DNA of 63,704 nt, counting the filler, from Craspedostauros australis (Eukaryota), in the NCBI GenBank assembly GCA_030167865.1. It is 13 parts of 13 records of this genome, joined end to end, with 100 filler letters (N's around TTAATTAATTAA, not from the genome) between each part and the next. Parts side by side here need not be neighbours in the genome. Positions count along the whole stretch, not along the records: positions 46,984 to 51,340 come from JALAGF010004686.1; positions 51,441 to 53,994 come from JALAGF010004687.1; positions 54,095 to 58,851 come from JALAGF010004688.1; positions 58,952 to 60,467 come from JALAGF010004689.1; 9 more parts are not named here. One strand, given 5' to 3'. Positions 49,924 through 60,567 of this stretch are shown here, one piece after another (the stretch's first letter is position 1; the number at the start of each line of letters is the position of its first letter). The notes beneath the pieces were generated by a model. It worked only from the letters and a program-made list of their open reading frames with translations. It was not told the origin of the DNA and ran no database searches. The position numbers were made by a program, and so were the translations under genes.

Positions 49924-51340
49924 TTATGACATCACCGCCGCCTCGTCCCCAAACCCACAACACCGTCGCCACTCATCAATCTGCGTGCGCACGGCTTCCA
50001 AAATCCGCGGCGCCGGCAGGCACAATTGCTTATTGCGCGCTGCGCTGCGCGATGTCAATGTCTTCATGACCTCGACCGCCTCTGCTTGCATGTTGGTGCC
50101 CAAGTAGATGTAGGAATGATTCAGCAGGGAGATGCGCGCCAGGCGTCCGTAGAAGACGGGATAATCCAATCCCAACGGAAACGATTCGATCAGCGATCCG
50201 CACTGCGGCATGAAGAAAGCGCCGGTGCATTGCGCGCCGTGCGGTGTTACGACGATATCGGCCTGCAGGAAGGTTTCCGCCTGGTGATCGAACGAGAAGT
50301 CTTCGAAGTAAACGACGGGCGGCCGGTAGGATAATCCCAATTCGTCTTGCAACAGCCGCGCGATGGAATCGGGAGCGAGCAAACGACGTGCGCCCTTTCG
50401 ATTGATGATAACGATGCGCGGCATGGGCAGCGCGTGCTGCTGTGGTTTCGTGACATTGCTGGGGAAGAGCGGATTGTCAATGTGCAAGTTTTTGGAGCAA
50501 TATTCGATGGAATCGCGATGCGACGAAATCGATTCCAACATTTTCTGCCTGAAATCCTTGAGATCCTCCGTATCGGCGATTTTGTATCCTTTGAATTTGC
50601 TGGTCACGCCCACGAAGAGCTTGTTGGCATCGCCATTGTAGGTTTGTGAGTAGTTCTTGGGTGTTGTGAAGTTGGAGTCCACGATGACGCCCTGCGCCGT
50701 GATCATGCTCGTGAGGCCGAGGTTGAAGGTGCTTCCCGTCGTCATGGAACGGTTCTGGATGTCATCCAGCAGCATGACGTGCTTGGAGTTGGGGTACCGA
50801 CGCCACAACGACCAGCACTGCAGAAGATGCTGCAGCTTGTGGGGAAAAGGGCCAAACACTGAGCCTCCAGCGATGGCACAGGCCACGGTTTCAGGCTGAT
50901 TGGCGGAGTCGCCCGGTGGGAACTTGCTGAAGTTGCCGTCGAGGCACCCAATGAATTCATGGAGCGGATAACTGGTCGGGAAGTTGCCGGTAAGGTACCG
51001 GCCGGGAAGATCGGGATCCGTGATGGTGCAGTTGGCGTCGGTCGCCTCCGCGAAGGCGGCATTGTGCTGTTGTTGCATGATGAAGTCTGGGAAGTACGTA
51101 GCGTCTGACGTTGATGGTGTCGACTGTGTCGATATTGTCGTTGTGGATTGTGATTGCGTCGTTGCTTCTGTCGTTGTTACTTGCGTAGTCGTCGGTTGCG
51201 TAGTCGTTGCAGATTGCGGCTCCGCACTTCGTTCCATCTTCATCTGCTCTTCTGCTTGCTGCTCTTCCATACCTGCAATACCGCCATTGTCATTGTCATT
51301 GTCATTGCCATTGTGGGATACCGAGTTGCTGGCAAATACT
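49924..51340 (-). CDS. Glycosyltransferase family 61-like protein, 5' truncated; tandem paralog of 47899-49503
   Basis: Thr/Gln stem and motifs PFPHKLQHLLQCWSLW, RIVIINR and DIVVTPHGAQCTGAFFMPQCGSLIE; the frame is open to the gap. Confidence 0.85.
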
Positions 51341-51440
51341 NNNNNNNNNNNNNNNNNNNNNNNNNNNNNNNNNNNNNNNNNNNNTTAATTAATTAANNNN
51401 NNNNNNNNNNNNNNNNNNNNNNNNNNNNNNNNNNNNNNNN

Positions 51441-53876
51441 GGAAGATTCGCATCATACCTGCACTTGTCGCCACGGCCTGGTAGGATGCTCACTGGAGCC
51501 TCCACCATGCGTCGCTTCATGACCAACTTGATAGGCTTGTCAAGCGCCGTCCCTTTTCGACTGGTGTGCGTCGTGAACGAGTATGCACTTTTGTTGTCAA
51601 GCGCCAGCAGCCAAAATGACGATCCTTCCACCACTTCGAGTCCTTTGATGTCGACATCCGGAAAGTTGTCTGCCACCATCAACATCGATTCGATCTGGAG
51701 CACCATGTACTTCCCAGTCTCTTCGTCGTACTGCACCTGATGCAACTTGGCTTGCTCAGTCGGAGTGAACCAGTTCGCGCTGGTGGCTCCCACTTCCCAT
51801 GTGCACCTCGCTGCCAGGGTGTTTACGATCGCCTCTGCCCTCACNNNNNNNNNNNNNNNNNNNNNNNNNNNNNNNNNNNNNNNNNNNNNNNNNNNNNNNN
51901 NNNNNNNNNNNNNNNNNTGGATAAACACCGGCCTCTTTGTGATCAGATGCACCTGATTGGCAAGGTTTGATCTCAGTGGTTCCTTGAATCCGTCGTGTCC
52001 AGCTCATCAAGGTCTTCGACCCCTCTGATTCGCACTTCCACCATCCTTCCCATTACCACTTTGTGTTTCCGTAGCATCTTCTTCATGGCTGCCACTCCAT
52101 CTGGGCCCAACGTCATTGCCATTGGATGGGAGATGAATCTGTTGCAGAGTTCTCCTGGCCCAATCTTGGAGATGTCATTGAACATCTCACAGAGGATTTT
52201 GGCGATTCTCACATGGAAGCNNNTGTCAGCTTCAAGCCTGAGAGCTTGCCAAGGTTGCACCTTGAAACTCCTCCCCATAGCTTTATGAGCATCTTGCCAT
52301 TCCTGGCTGATCATTCCGTCCGCCCTGACTCTTCCCCCAACTTCGCCTTCGACTCCTGCAGCCTTCAGACGTTTGTTGATGATGGCGCATATAGCAGGTC
52401 CATTGGAAAAGTTCCCCGTGTAGGTGAGCATTTCAATTTGCTTTGTGTACTCCGCTTCATCCAGCAGTCTCTTGTACAGAGTCTGTCCAGTCGACTGGTA
52501 GAAGAAACTCAGCTGCAATCCTGACTTTGACATGATGTCCTTTGGATCACATGTCATAGCAATNCGCACTTGTGCCGCCACTGTTCGACCATTCAATGTT
52601 GCCTTCATCCTGCTCACGTACACCATCAGCTCCTTCTCAGTTGTTGGAAATTGGTTGGCATTGCCGATCACCTTGGTGGTGTCTTGCACCTTCCACACCA
52701 TGAGAAAGATTGTGTCATCGTGATCCTTGAGCGCCCCTAGCCATTGTTAAGTGGCTTCAGATACCTCTTCACTGGATTGCCGCCTGATTTGACCAGTACT
52801 GTCATATCAAATCTCTTCACTACCATGCTTTTCTTCAGCATATGTGTGGTCTTGCTCTCCACGGATGCATCGCTATCACTGTCTTCATCCGTTTTCGCAC
52901 TGCTTGTGCTCCCTTCACTCTTGCATGACTCCTCATCTTCGTCGGACTCCTCACTCTCACTACTTGTGTTGTGCTCCATCGCCTTTGCCAAACGCTGTCC
53001 CTCCACCTCTATTGCAGTTGGTGTGCTGGTCATGAATTTGATTTTCTTCTGCTTGAGGTTTCTTGGTTGGACGATGTCGCTATCTCCCGTCTTTCCCTTC
53101 TTTCCGCTCCCTTCTACGGTTGTGCTCATCATTCTGCTTTCGGCTTCCCCCATTACCGCATCTTTGCCTTGGGGAACGAACGTGATGTCTGGGTACTGTG
53201 ACCTCAACACATTCACAGCTGCTCTCCACGCAATGGTGATCTCAGTCTTCCTCAGGAGCCCTCCTGAATTGGGAATCATCATGTCTTTTAGCATCATGTT
53301 TGGATCTGTCATGCTCAAGTCAGCAGCAAGTTGTTGAATCTGCTGTCGTCGTTCGTCTGTTTTGGGCACTTGCGCTACACCAAATTTTTTTCTTCCATCG
53401 ATGACCATGCTGATGAACACCTGCACTTCCTGCACCAGGATGGTGTGTCCTGTTTTTGCAGTTGCCTTCCCGGTCCACCTTTATTGTTGATTCATCATCC
53501 CTTTCACCAGGATATGGATCGACCTGCCTTCCTCTGCCATCACTTCACGGTAGGAGAACGAAACAGCTACCTTGTGGATTTCTCCTGGCAGAGATTTCCA
53601 CATGCTTGTCGTTGTCTTACGCGCAATGGAGACTCCTGCCTCGTTTTCTCCTTCCACAAGTGTCAGCATCTTATCCCGTTTCTTGCTCCCAGCCTTCCTT
53701 GGCATGGTCTTGACAGCCCTTGTTTGTGACTGTCCTCCTCCGCGTATGCCGTTGGCAGTCTCCTTATGATTTACCATTGCTTTGCCTGCCATTGTCGTTG
53801 CTGTTGGCCTTGCTTCTGTATCTTTTCTACGGTTGATACCCGTTGACGTCGGTGCTGTTTCGGTGTTTGCATTCAT
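51441..53876 (-). pseudogene. Degraded long coding region broken into consecutive ORFs; possibly the ORF1-like gene of a diatom non-LTR retroelement
   Basis: Abutting same-strand fragments at 53481-53876, 52737-53435, 51973-52701 and 51441-51952, with stops, frameshifts and ambiguous bases. No diagnostic motif was recognised. Confidence 0.4.
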
Positions 53877-54911
53877 TTTGTAGAATACTATCTTTACATG
53901 TTTCTACTGCGTTTGTTTTCCTGGTCCCTGGTGTTATGCTTCATAACACAATACTGTATTATTATATGATACTATATGATATAATATTATGTTGNNNNNN
54001 NNNNNNNNNNNNNNNNNNNNNNNNNNNNNNNNNNNNNNTTAATTAATTAANNNNNNNNNNNNNNNNNNNNNNNNNNNNNNNNNNNNNNNNNNNNGAAGGA
54101 AGGGGGATGGAAGCCGAGCTGATGCATGAGGAAGATTCGACAGCGCACACGCACACACGCACACCTACACAACGGAGAATGTATTCATTTGCAAAACCGA
54201 CGTCAAGACGCGCGCGAACCGCGGATAGCGTCGCAGATGAAGCAGCAGCACTGATGAAAGGGCATCACGCACCAACGCTCAAGACGCAAGATACTTACGA
54301 GTGTGAGCACCATACCTACTACATTCCAGTCAATCTTCGCGCCTCGTTATGCGGCGGTGCTGCGGCGCCTGTCGGTGGCGACCATCTCGTTCAGGATGCC
54401 TCGTGTCATGCCAATGTCCGACACGCGCCACTCCCATCCAGGTGCTCAAATCCCGCACCTCCAAGCCGAATTAACTCAAGCTGCTCTTTCCCATCACGTT
54501 TCTTCTCTCCCCTTCCCTTCCCTTCCCTTCGTCTGCGCAACTGATGCCTCCTGTGTGCGCAATCTTGACGTGATTGAATCGTCACGATGTTGTGTCGATT
54601 GATGGATATCGTTAATCTTCATTGATTGCCATCTTTGTTGTTGCTCGCCACCACGTATTGCGTCATTTCACACACCAACAATTACGCTCACACAAACGAC
54701 CACATCACTGCAACACTCACAATCGTTGCCGTTCTTCGTGGGACGGAACTCGCCGCCAAACTTACACATGATGCTCGCATTGCCAATCTCAACCCATACG
54801 TGATTCATACCAACCCATTCTTCTGGCACGTACGCATACATGCACACATACAAATGCGCCCGACGTGCAGAACCAAACAGTCTCACGACAGCAACGAGGA
54901 CAACAGCAAAG

Positions 54912-57900
54912 ATGCTCTGCACCAAGGCAGCTTTCGCGGCTTTCATCGCTGTCACCAACACGGCAACAACCCATGCTGTCCTCCGTGGCAACAGAACTCC
55001 TGTGGATCCAACTAAGGAACTCCACACAGCAATGATGAAGACCCGCATCCTCAAGGACGCCGACGATGACGCAAACACCAACAAGGGCAACAAGGGCAAC
55101 AAGGGNAACCGAGTGCCACCCACTGAGAACCCGGCTGGTGCGGAAACAANAGCGCCAACCGCATTGCCTACTGGGTCGCCAACTGCCTCGCCGACCTCCC
55201 AGTCCACCCGCCTGCCAACATCCAAACCATCAGCTGCTTCAACCGTCTTCGATTCCACCATCGAGATCGTTTGCAAACCGGATGGCACCACCACCCTCAC
55301 ACCACAAGAGACAAGCGCCAAGACCATCATCTGCGATGCGAACAAGCCATCCTGCCGCAAGGCAGTGGCCGCCGTCAAGGAATCCGAGCAGCTGCAGAAC
55401 TTCTTCGGATGCGCAGGAGACCTTGGCGAAGGAGATGCACGCAAGCTCTTTAACAAGTACGCGTCGAATGGCGTGCTTGCTGGCCAATTGGCCCTGGTCG
55501 CTGCAACCAAACAGCTCCTCGTCACCGAACGACCGAATGCAATGAAAAAGACCTGCATGACCATCGGAATGACCCAGTCGCTGCCTGCTGCGGATCTGTG
55601 CTGCCAAGGATCCTCGGGATGCACTTCAGTCACCGGTTCCGCCTCCAACTCTCCTCCATTCATGACCGTGGCCATCACGGCATGTACTGGTGACAGCGCC
55701 TGCAAGGATATGGGCCCCAATCCCCTCATCCTTGATTCCTCCTGCACTGGCACAAGTGCATGCGAGTTGATGAACGAAAATGAAATCAACCCGTCCATCA
55801 CAGGAGTCACCTTTGTTGGTGAGATGGCATGCACCACCCCTCAATCTTGTGAGGGAGTGGGACGTCGTTCTCATGGTGATGTCACCATCCAGACCGGTGC
55901 ATGCNNNNNNNNNNNNNNNNNNNNNNNNNNNNNNNNNNNNNNNNNNNNNNNNNNNNNNTCATATCGCTTCCGCAGCCATATCGACATTGGTGAGAATGCG
56001 TGCGTTGGCAGCAGTGCCTGCAAGGATGCCCATTCCACTGTCAACCATGGTACTGCGGGCAAGTATGCAGGCAGCCTCACCATTGGTGCTGGTGGCTGTG
56101 ACGCCGATGGGTCATGTGAGAAGATGGGCTTCCGTGACAGGATGAGGACCGACCTCGTCGTCCCTCCTGGTGGATGCGGCAGTGTCGAAGGCTGCAAGGG
56201 ATGCATGACGAAGACGGAGTGCGACTCCGACAAAGTCTACATCATCAGCGATGTCGACGGGGCCTGNCCAAAGGGAGGCAANGACANCAACANNAATCCN
56301 ACNGGNGACANNGTGGATGAGTACTGTATTGGCAAGGACACCTTGCCCACAGACTCTCCAACTTTTTCCCCCACCCCTTTCCCAACGCCTGCCACGTCAC
56401 CTCCCACACCATCCCCAACAGCTCCAACTGCTTCGCCGACCTCGACACCGACCAGCGCCCCAACGAGCGCGCCAACGAGCGCACCGACATCGGCCCCCAC
56501 TGCTTCGCCGACCTTGACACCGACTAGCGCGCCAACTTCAGCACCGACGAGCGCTCCAACAAGTGCCCCGACTTCGGCTCCAACTTCAGCACCAACTTCA
56601 GCACCAACATCGGCTCCTACCTCGGCGCCAACGAGCGTACCAACGTCGGCCCCCACTGCTGCGCCGACTAGCGTGCCAACTTCAGCACCGACGAGCGCGC
56701 CAACTTCAGCACCAACATCGGCTCCTACCTCGGCGCCGACCAGCGCACCAACGTCGGCCCCCACTGCTGCGCCGACTAGTGTGCCAACTTCAGCACCGAC
56801 GAGCGCTCCAACAAGCGCCCCGACTTCGGCTCCAACTTCAGCACCAACATCAGCTCCTACCTCGGCACCGACCAGCGCACCAACGTCGGCCCCCACTGCT
56901 GCGCCGACTTCACCGACGAGCGCCCCGACGAGCGCGCCAACTTCGGCACCGACATCGGAATTCCTGGGTGCCCTCGGAACACCAAACACAAAAGAGGGAG
57001 TAGCCCTTCTCTTCACTATCCAAAACGAAGCTGATCTCCTCGGGATCTTCGAAAACCAGAACAGCATTGCTGACGGCGTCGCTCTCTTCAATACCATCAG
57101 CGGAAAGACGGGTGTCCTCGATATCTTCAAGGCGGCCGCTTCCGCCCCCGGTGAGATGTTCACGGGAACCGCAGCTGATGCTATTGATTGGTGTGGGGAG
57201 GCAGGACGCACATGCTGCGACGGAGATGACGCCTGTGACTGGATCGGCATTGCGTCTATCGCATCCAACAGTTGCATTGGGGACTCCGCATGCGACAGTA
57301 TCGAGACTCAGTCCATCATCTTCCAGGGATCCTGCCACTCTGACACTTATCCATGCCACTTCTTCAACTTCAACTCTGGAAGTGACAAGGCCTCCATCAT
57401 TGGGCCAGGATCGTGCAATGAAGAAGAAGTATGCATATACTTTGCACGAGACTCCAACGGCGACGCCATTATTGGTGCAGGATCATGCAATGGAAACGAA
57501 GCATGCAAACACTTTGCACGAGACTCCAACGGCGACGCCATCATTGGTCCAGGATCGTGCACTGGAGCCGACGCATGCAAACACTTTGCACGAGACTCCA
57601 ACGGCGACGCCATCATTGGTCCAGGATCGTGCACTGGAGCCGACGCATGCAGTTTCCTCGCGCAATCTTCCAACGGCGACGTTATTATTGGTGCAGGATC
57701 ATGCGCTGCATCAAGGGCCTGCAGACGCATGGGTTCTGGAGCAGCAGCCGACATCCAAACCAAGCGTGTATCCAACACTATCGTGGGAACCGGGTCCTGT
57801 GTCAACGCCAACTCGTGCACGAACATGAACTCTTACTTCACCTCCGGCAGCAATAGATACCCCCAGCTCGAGGGAGACACACTTATCGGTGATGGTACTT

Positions 57901-58124
57901 GCTTGCCGGATGCCTCCTGCATTTTCCTGGGCTTCGGTCGCTACTTTAACGCGGACATCATTCTTGGCGACAACGTGTGCAACAAGGACCCCGTCGAGAG
58001 AGGCACCAACTGCAACCGATGCCAATACGACATACCGTCGACTTCCACTTGCGCGCCTCTCGATTCCGTCTTGGCCATTGCCTCCGGCAGCTCTTGCCCA
58101 GCCACCTGCACCGAAGATCCCTGA
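54912..58124 (+). CDS. Secreted Cys/Gly-rich repeat protein with a central mucin-like PTSA stalk
   Basis: Signal peptide MLCTKAAFAAFIAVTNTATTHA followed by LRG and RIL motifs. Two regions of (I)GxxSCxGxxAC repeats flank ~200 aa of PTSA repeats. Confidence 0.85.
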   Translation: MLCTKAAFAAFIAVTNTATTHAVLRGNRTPVDPTKELHTAMMKTRILKDADDDANTNKGNKGNKXNRVPPTENPAGAETXAPTALPTGSPTASPTSQSTRLPTSKPSAASTVFDSTIEIVCKPDGTTTLTPQETSAKTIICDANKPSCRKAVAAVKESEQLQNFFGCAGDLGEGDARKLFNKYASNGVLAGQLALVAATKQLLVTERPNAMKKTCMTIGMTQSLPAADLCCQGSSGCTSVTGSASNSPPFMTVAITACTGDSACKDMGPNPLILDSSCTGTSACELMNENEINPSITGVTFVGEMACTTPQSCEGVGRRSHGDVTIQTGACXXXXXXXXXXXXXXXXXXSYRFRSHIDIGENACVGSSACKDAHSTVNHGTAGKYAGSLTIGAGGCDADGSCEKMGFRDRMRTDLVVPPGGCGSVEGCKGCMTKTECDSDKVYIISDVDGAXPKGGXDXNXNXXXDXVDEYCIGKDTLPTDSPTFSPTPFPTPATSPPTPSPTAPTASPTSTPTSAPTSAPTSAPTSAPTASPTLTPTSAPTSAPTSAPTSAPTSAPTSAPTSAPTSAPTSAPTSVPTSAPTAAPTSVPTSAPTSAPTSAPTSAPTSAPTSAPTSAPTAAPTSVPTSAPTSAPTSAPTSAPTSAPTSAPTSAPTSAPTSAPTAAPTSPTSAPTSAPTSAPTSEFLGALGTPNTKEGVALLFTIQNEADLLGIFENQNSIADGVALFNTISGKTGVLDIFKAAASAPGEMFTGTAADAIDWCGEAGRTCCDGDDACDWIGIASIASNSCIGDSACDSIETQSIIFQGSCHSDTYPCHFFNFNSGSDKASIIGPGSCNEEEVCIYFARDSNGDAIIGAGSCNGNEACKHFARDSNGDAIIGPGSCTGADACKHFARDSNGDAIIGPGSCTGADACSFLAQSSNGDVIIGAGSCAASRACRRMGSGAAADIQTKRVSNTIVGTGSCVNANSCTNMNSYFTSGSNRYPQLEGDTLIGDGTCLPDASCIFLGFGRYFNADIILGDNVCNKDPVERGTNCNRCQYDIPSTSTCAPLDSVLAIASGSSCPATCTEDP
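56345..56958 (+). repeat. 12-bp coding minisatellite encoding (PTSA)n
   Basis: Translation (PTSA/PTSV/PTAA)n with synonymous codon variation. Confidence 0.95.
57396..57725 (+). repeat. 72-bp coding tandem repeat (IIGxGSCxGxxACxxFARDSNGDA), about 4.5 copies
   Basis: Units start at 57396, 57468, 57540, 57612 and 57684. Confidence 0.92.
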
Positions 58125-58951
58125 GGGAGCAGCAGCACAAGTACATTCTTCCTCCGGTTCCGTGCCAACACCAGGTCTTGAAGGGTCTGGGCCAGCCACC
58201 TTCCGGATGATGGCAAAGCACCCTCTTCATTGGGTCTTCATGTGTTTGTTAGGATAAGGATAAGCAGAAAATGGCGATGGCGAAGAGAAAGGAATCGAAC
58301 CCCAGACGACGAAATCTGGAATGCCCGGGGATTGCACCCGGAACCGGTAGCCGTAGCCCACTCCGTTGATGAAACGGAGTAATTGCCTACTTAAGTAGTG
58401 AGTATCAAGTATATCATCTAATCTCCTATAATCTCAGTGTTAAGAAATCCACTTGGCGTAAATTCATAGTCCTTGTTTCACACAAATTGTGCTTCATTAC
58501 AAACTCTCCTACTGGGAAAAGGCATGGAATTGGAAATAAACAACGGATTATGAGCTCAAGGCACGAGCCATTTACCTCTCATGCGGTCTCTATTCTGCTG
58601 CATATGATTCAGCTGCAAGTGCTCAGTCTAACGCTCAAATAACCGGTAATAACGTCTGCTTCTGTTTGGTCCCCTCGATATGCAGTGGCTCTGCTGCTCG
58701 TCAGATCGTCTCATCTCTTCGGTGCTCTTAATCGCACGGTATGTACCTGCTGCATGTCCTCATCAATTGGACACCACAGGGCGCTCATCCCATCCACCAG
58801 GAAGTTACTCCCCAGCCGACCATCCGATGGGTACTGTCGCGCAGTCTCACANNNNNNNNNNNNNNNNNNNNNNNNNNNNNNNNNNNNNNNNNNNNTTAAT
58901 TAATTAANNNNNNNNNNNNNNNNNNNNNNNNNNNNNNNNNNNNNNNNNNNN

Positions 58952-60467
58952 TGGTGCTGAGAACCCCAATGGTGGCCAACGATGCAACAGCTGGGGCCAA
59001 CAGCTGGGGCCAACAGCTGTGATGAGGCGATGCCCGCCTTCTGCTGACCTTTGCTCTCCTCAGACACCACTGCACCTTGTTTTGCCTGTGAGCTTGTGGC
59101 TGCGGCCGTCGCGGATTGGGCCGGGTTGTCCACGACTTCATAGGGATCCATCTCATGGCACACAATGACATCGCCGCTCTCACCGTCGTACACTTCGAAG
59201 CTCGTGCTGTTGTAGTTCACGAGGTTGGTGACTGGTGCTGCACCAGCTGGGTTGGTGGCAGACTTGTCGGTGCCAATGCTCTGTGCTGAATCGCGTGATG
59301 CAAGGGCGTCGTCTCCGTCACCAGTCCATGGATCCCCGTACGAATGCTGCCCCTCCATGGAGTCGCTGATAACGATGACGTCATCGGAATGACTCTGCGA
59401 TGGTCGAATCTGCTGGTGATCATCGTCACCCTCGTTGTCACCGGAGCAGTGGTCGTCTTCGTCGTCGAGCACAATGATCTCTTCCACATTTCGCGAGCGG
59501 GAGGCGCTCTCTGCTGGGTTTTTTTTTTTGCTCGATGGAATAATTCCCAGGTGACGCACCACCCTGGCTTCCGTGGTCGGTGACATCAATTGGGTCATGT
59601 TCAGCCGGAGCACCACCAACATCAGCATTGTCGCAATCCTTTTCTGCATTCATCAACAACTTGGTCATGGTCGCTGCGCCAACCCCAAGGACAACTGCTG
59701 CACCTGCGGCTACTCCAGTTGGGGCGTTCTTGGTGACATCGTCCAATGACGACTTCGCTGAGCTGATCGACTTGTGGGATGAGTTACGCTCGATGTGACC
59801 AGTCGAAACAGTTGCCGATGCATCTTGAGCGGNGTCGGCAACATCGTTTGTTGAGGCCGCCGACGCGTTGTCGGTGCAGCTACTATCGACAGGATTCGAG
59901 TTGGCGCTTGCGCTNGTCACCACGCTGACTGCAGGGCTGCCGTCAGCTGCAACTTTGGCTGTGGTAGTGGTAGTGGTTTTGGCTGCAGATGCCACAGATG
60001 CCGCCATAGTGACTGCTGCGGCCACGCCAATAGCTGCGGTGATTTTCAATGCGTTGGCGTTGTCGTCCTTGTTGCTGTTGTCATCTTTCCCGAAGCCGCG
60101 ATCGCTCTGTGTTGTGGATGGGATCGATTGGTCTTGGTGCCCGACCAGCGCCCCAACCTTTTCCGAGTCAGAGTCCAACAGGCTGATCAAGACGGATTCA
60201 TTGAACGACGAAGGGCGTTCGTTGTCCGCAGAGCTGNAAGACAACTTCCTGGTGGAAGCTGCACCAGATCTCACCGACCGTTCATTCTCGGAGAGGTGAA
60301 TTCGGAGGCTGTGGATTGACCGCTGTTCGTTCCTCGCACAGATATGAGAACTTCCATGCCCTGGACGACTGGGATGTCATTGGATGAACGTGCGGTTTCC
60401 ACGAGGTGGCCAACTATCACTGGGTTGGCTGCACCGGCGATCAGGTCTTGCTTTTCAGATCCCGGTT
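58952..60467 (-). CDS. Internal fragment of a low-complexity Ser/Ala/Asp-rich protein with an apparent frameshift in a homopolymer at ~59519-59529
   Basis: ORF 59438-60274 reads plausibly up to the A-run and ORF 58900-59649 continues plausibly after it (NVEEIIVLDDEDD). Both ends run into gaps. Confidence 0.55.
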
Positions 60468-60567
60468 NNNNNNNNNNNNNNNNNNNNNNNNNNNNNNNNN
60501 NNNNNNNNNNNTTAATTAATTAANNNNNNNNNNNNNNNNNNNNNNNNNNNNNNNNNNNNNNNNNNNN

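Noticed and set aside
54668..57277. Long minus-strand ORFs with VGAE/VGAL repeats
   Set aside because: They are the reverse complement of the PTSA repeat gene.
41969..58124. A physical cell-wall or silicification gene cluster (SIT, GT61s, mucin-like protein)
   Set aside because: The genes lie on different contigs joined by artificial spacers, so linkage is unproven.
59515..59532. Programmed ribosomal frameshift at the A-run
   Set aside because: A homopolymer length error in a low-quality, N-containing contig is the simpler explanation.
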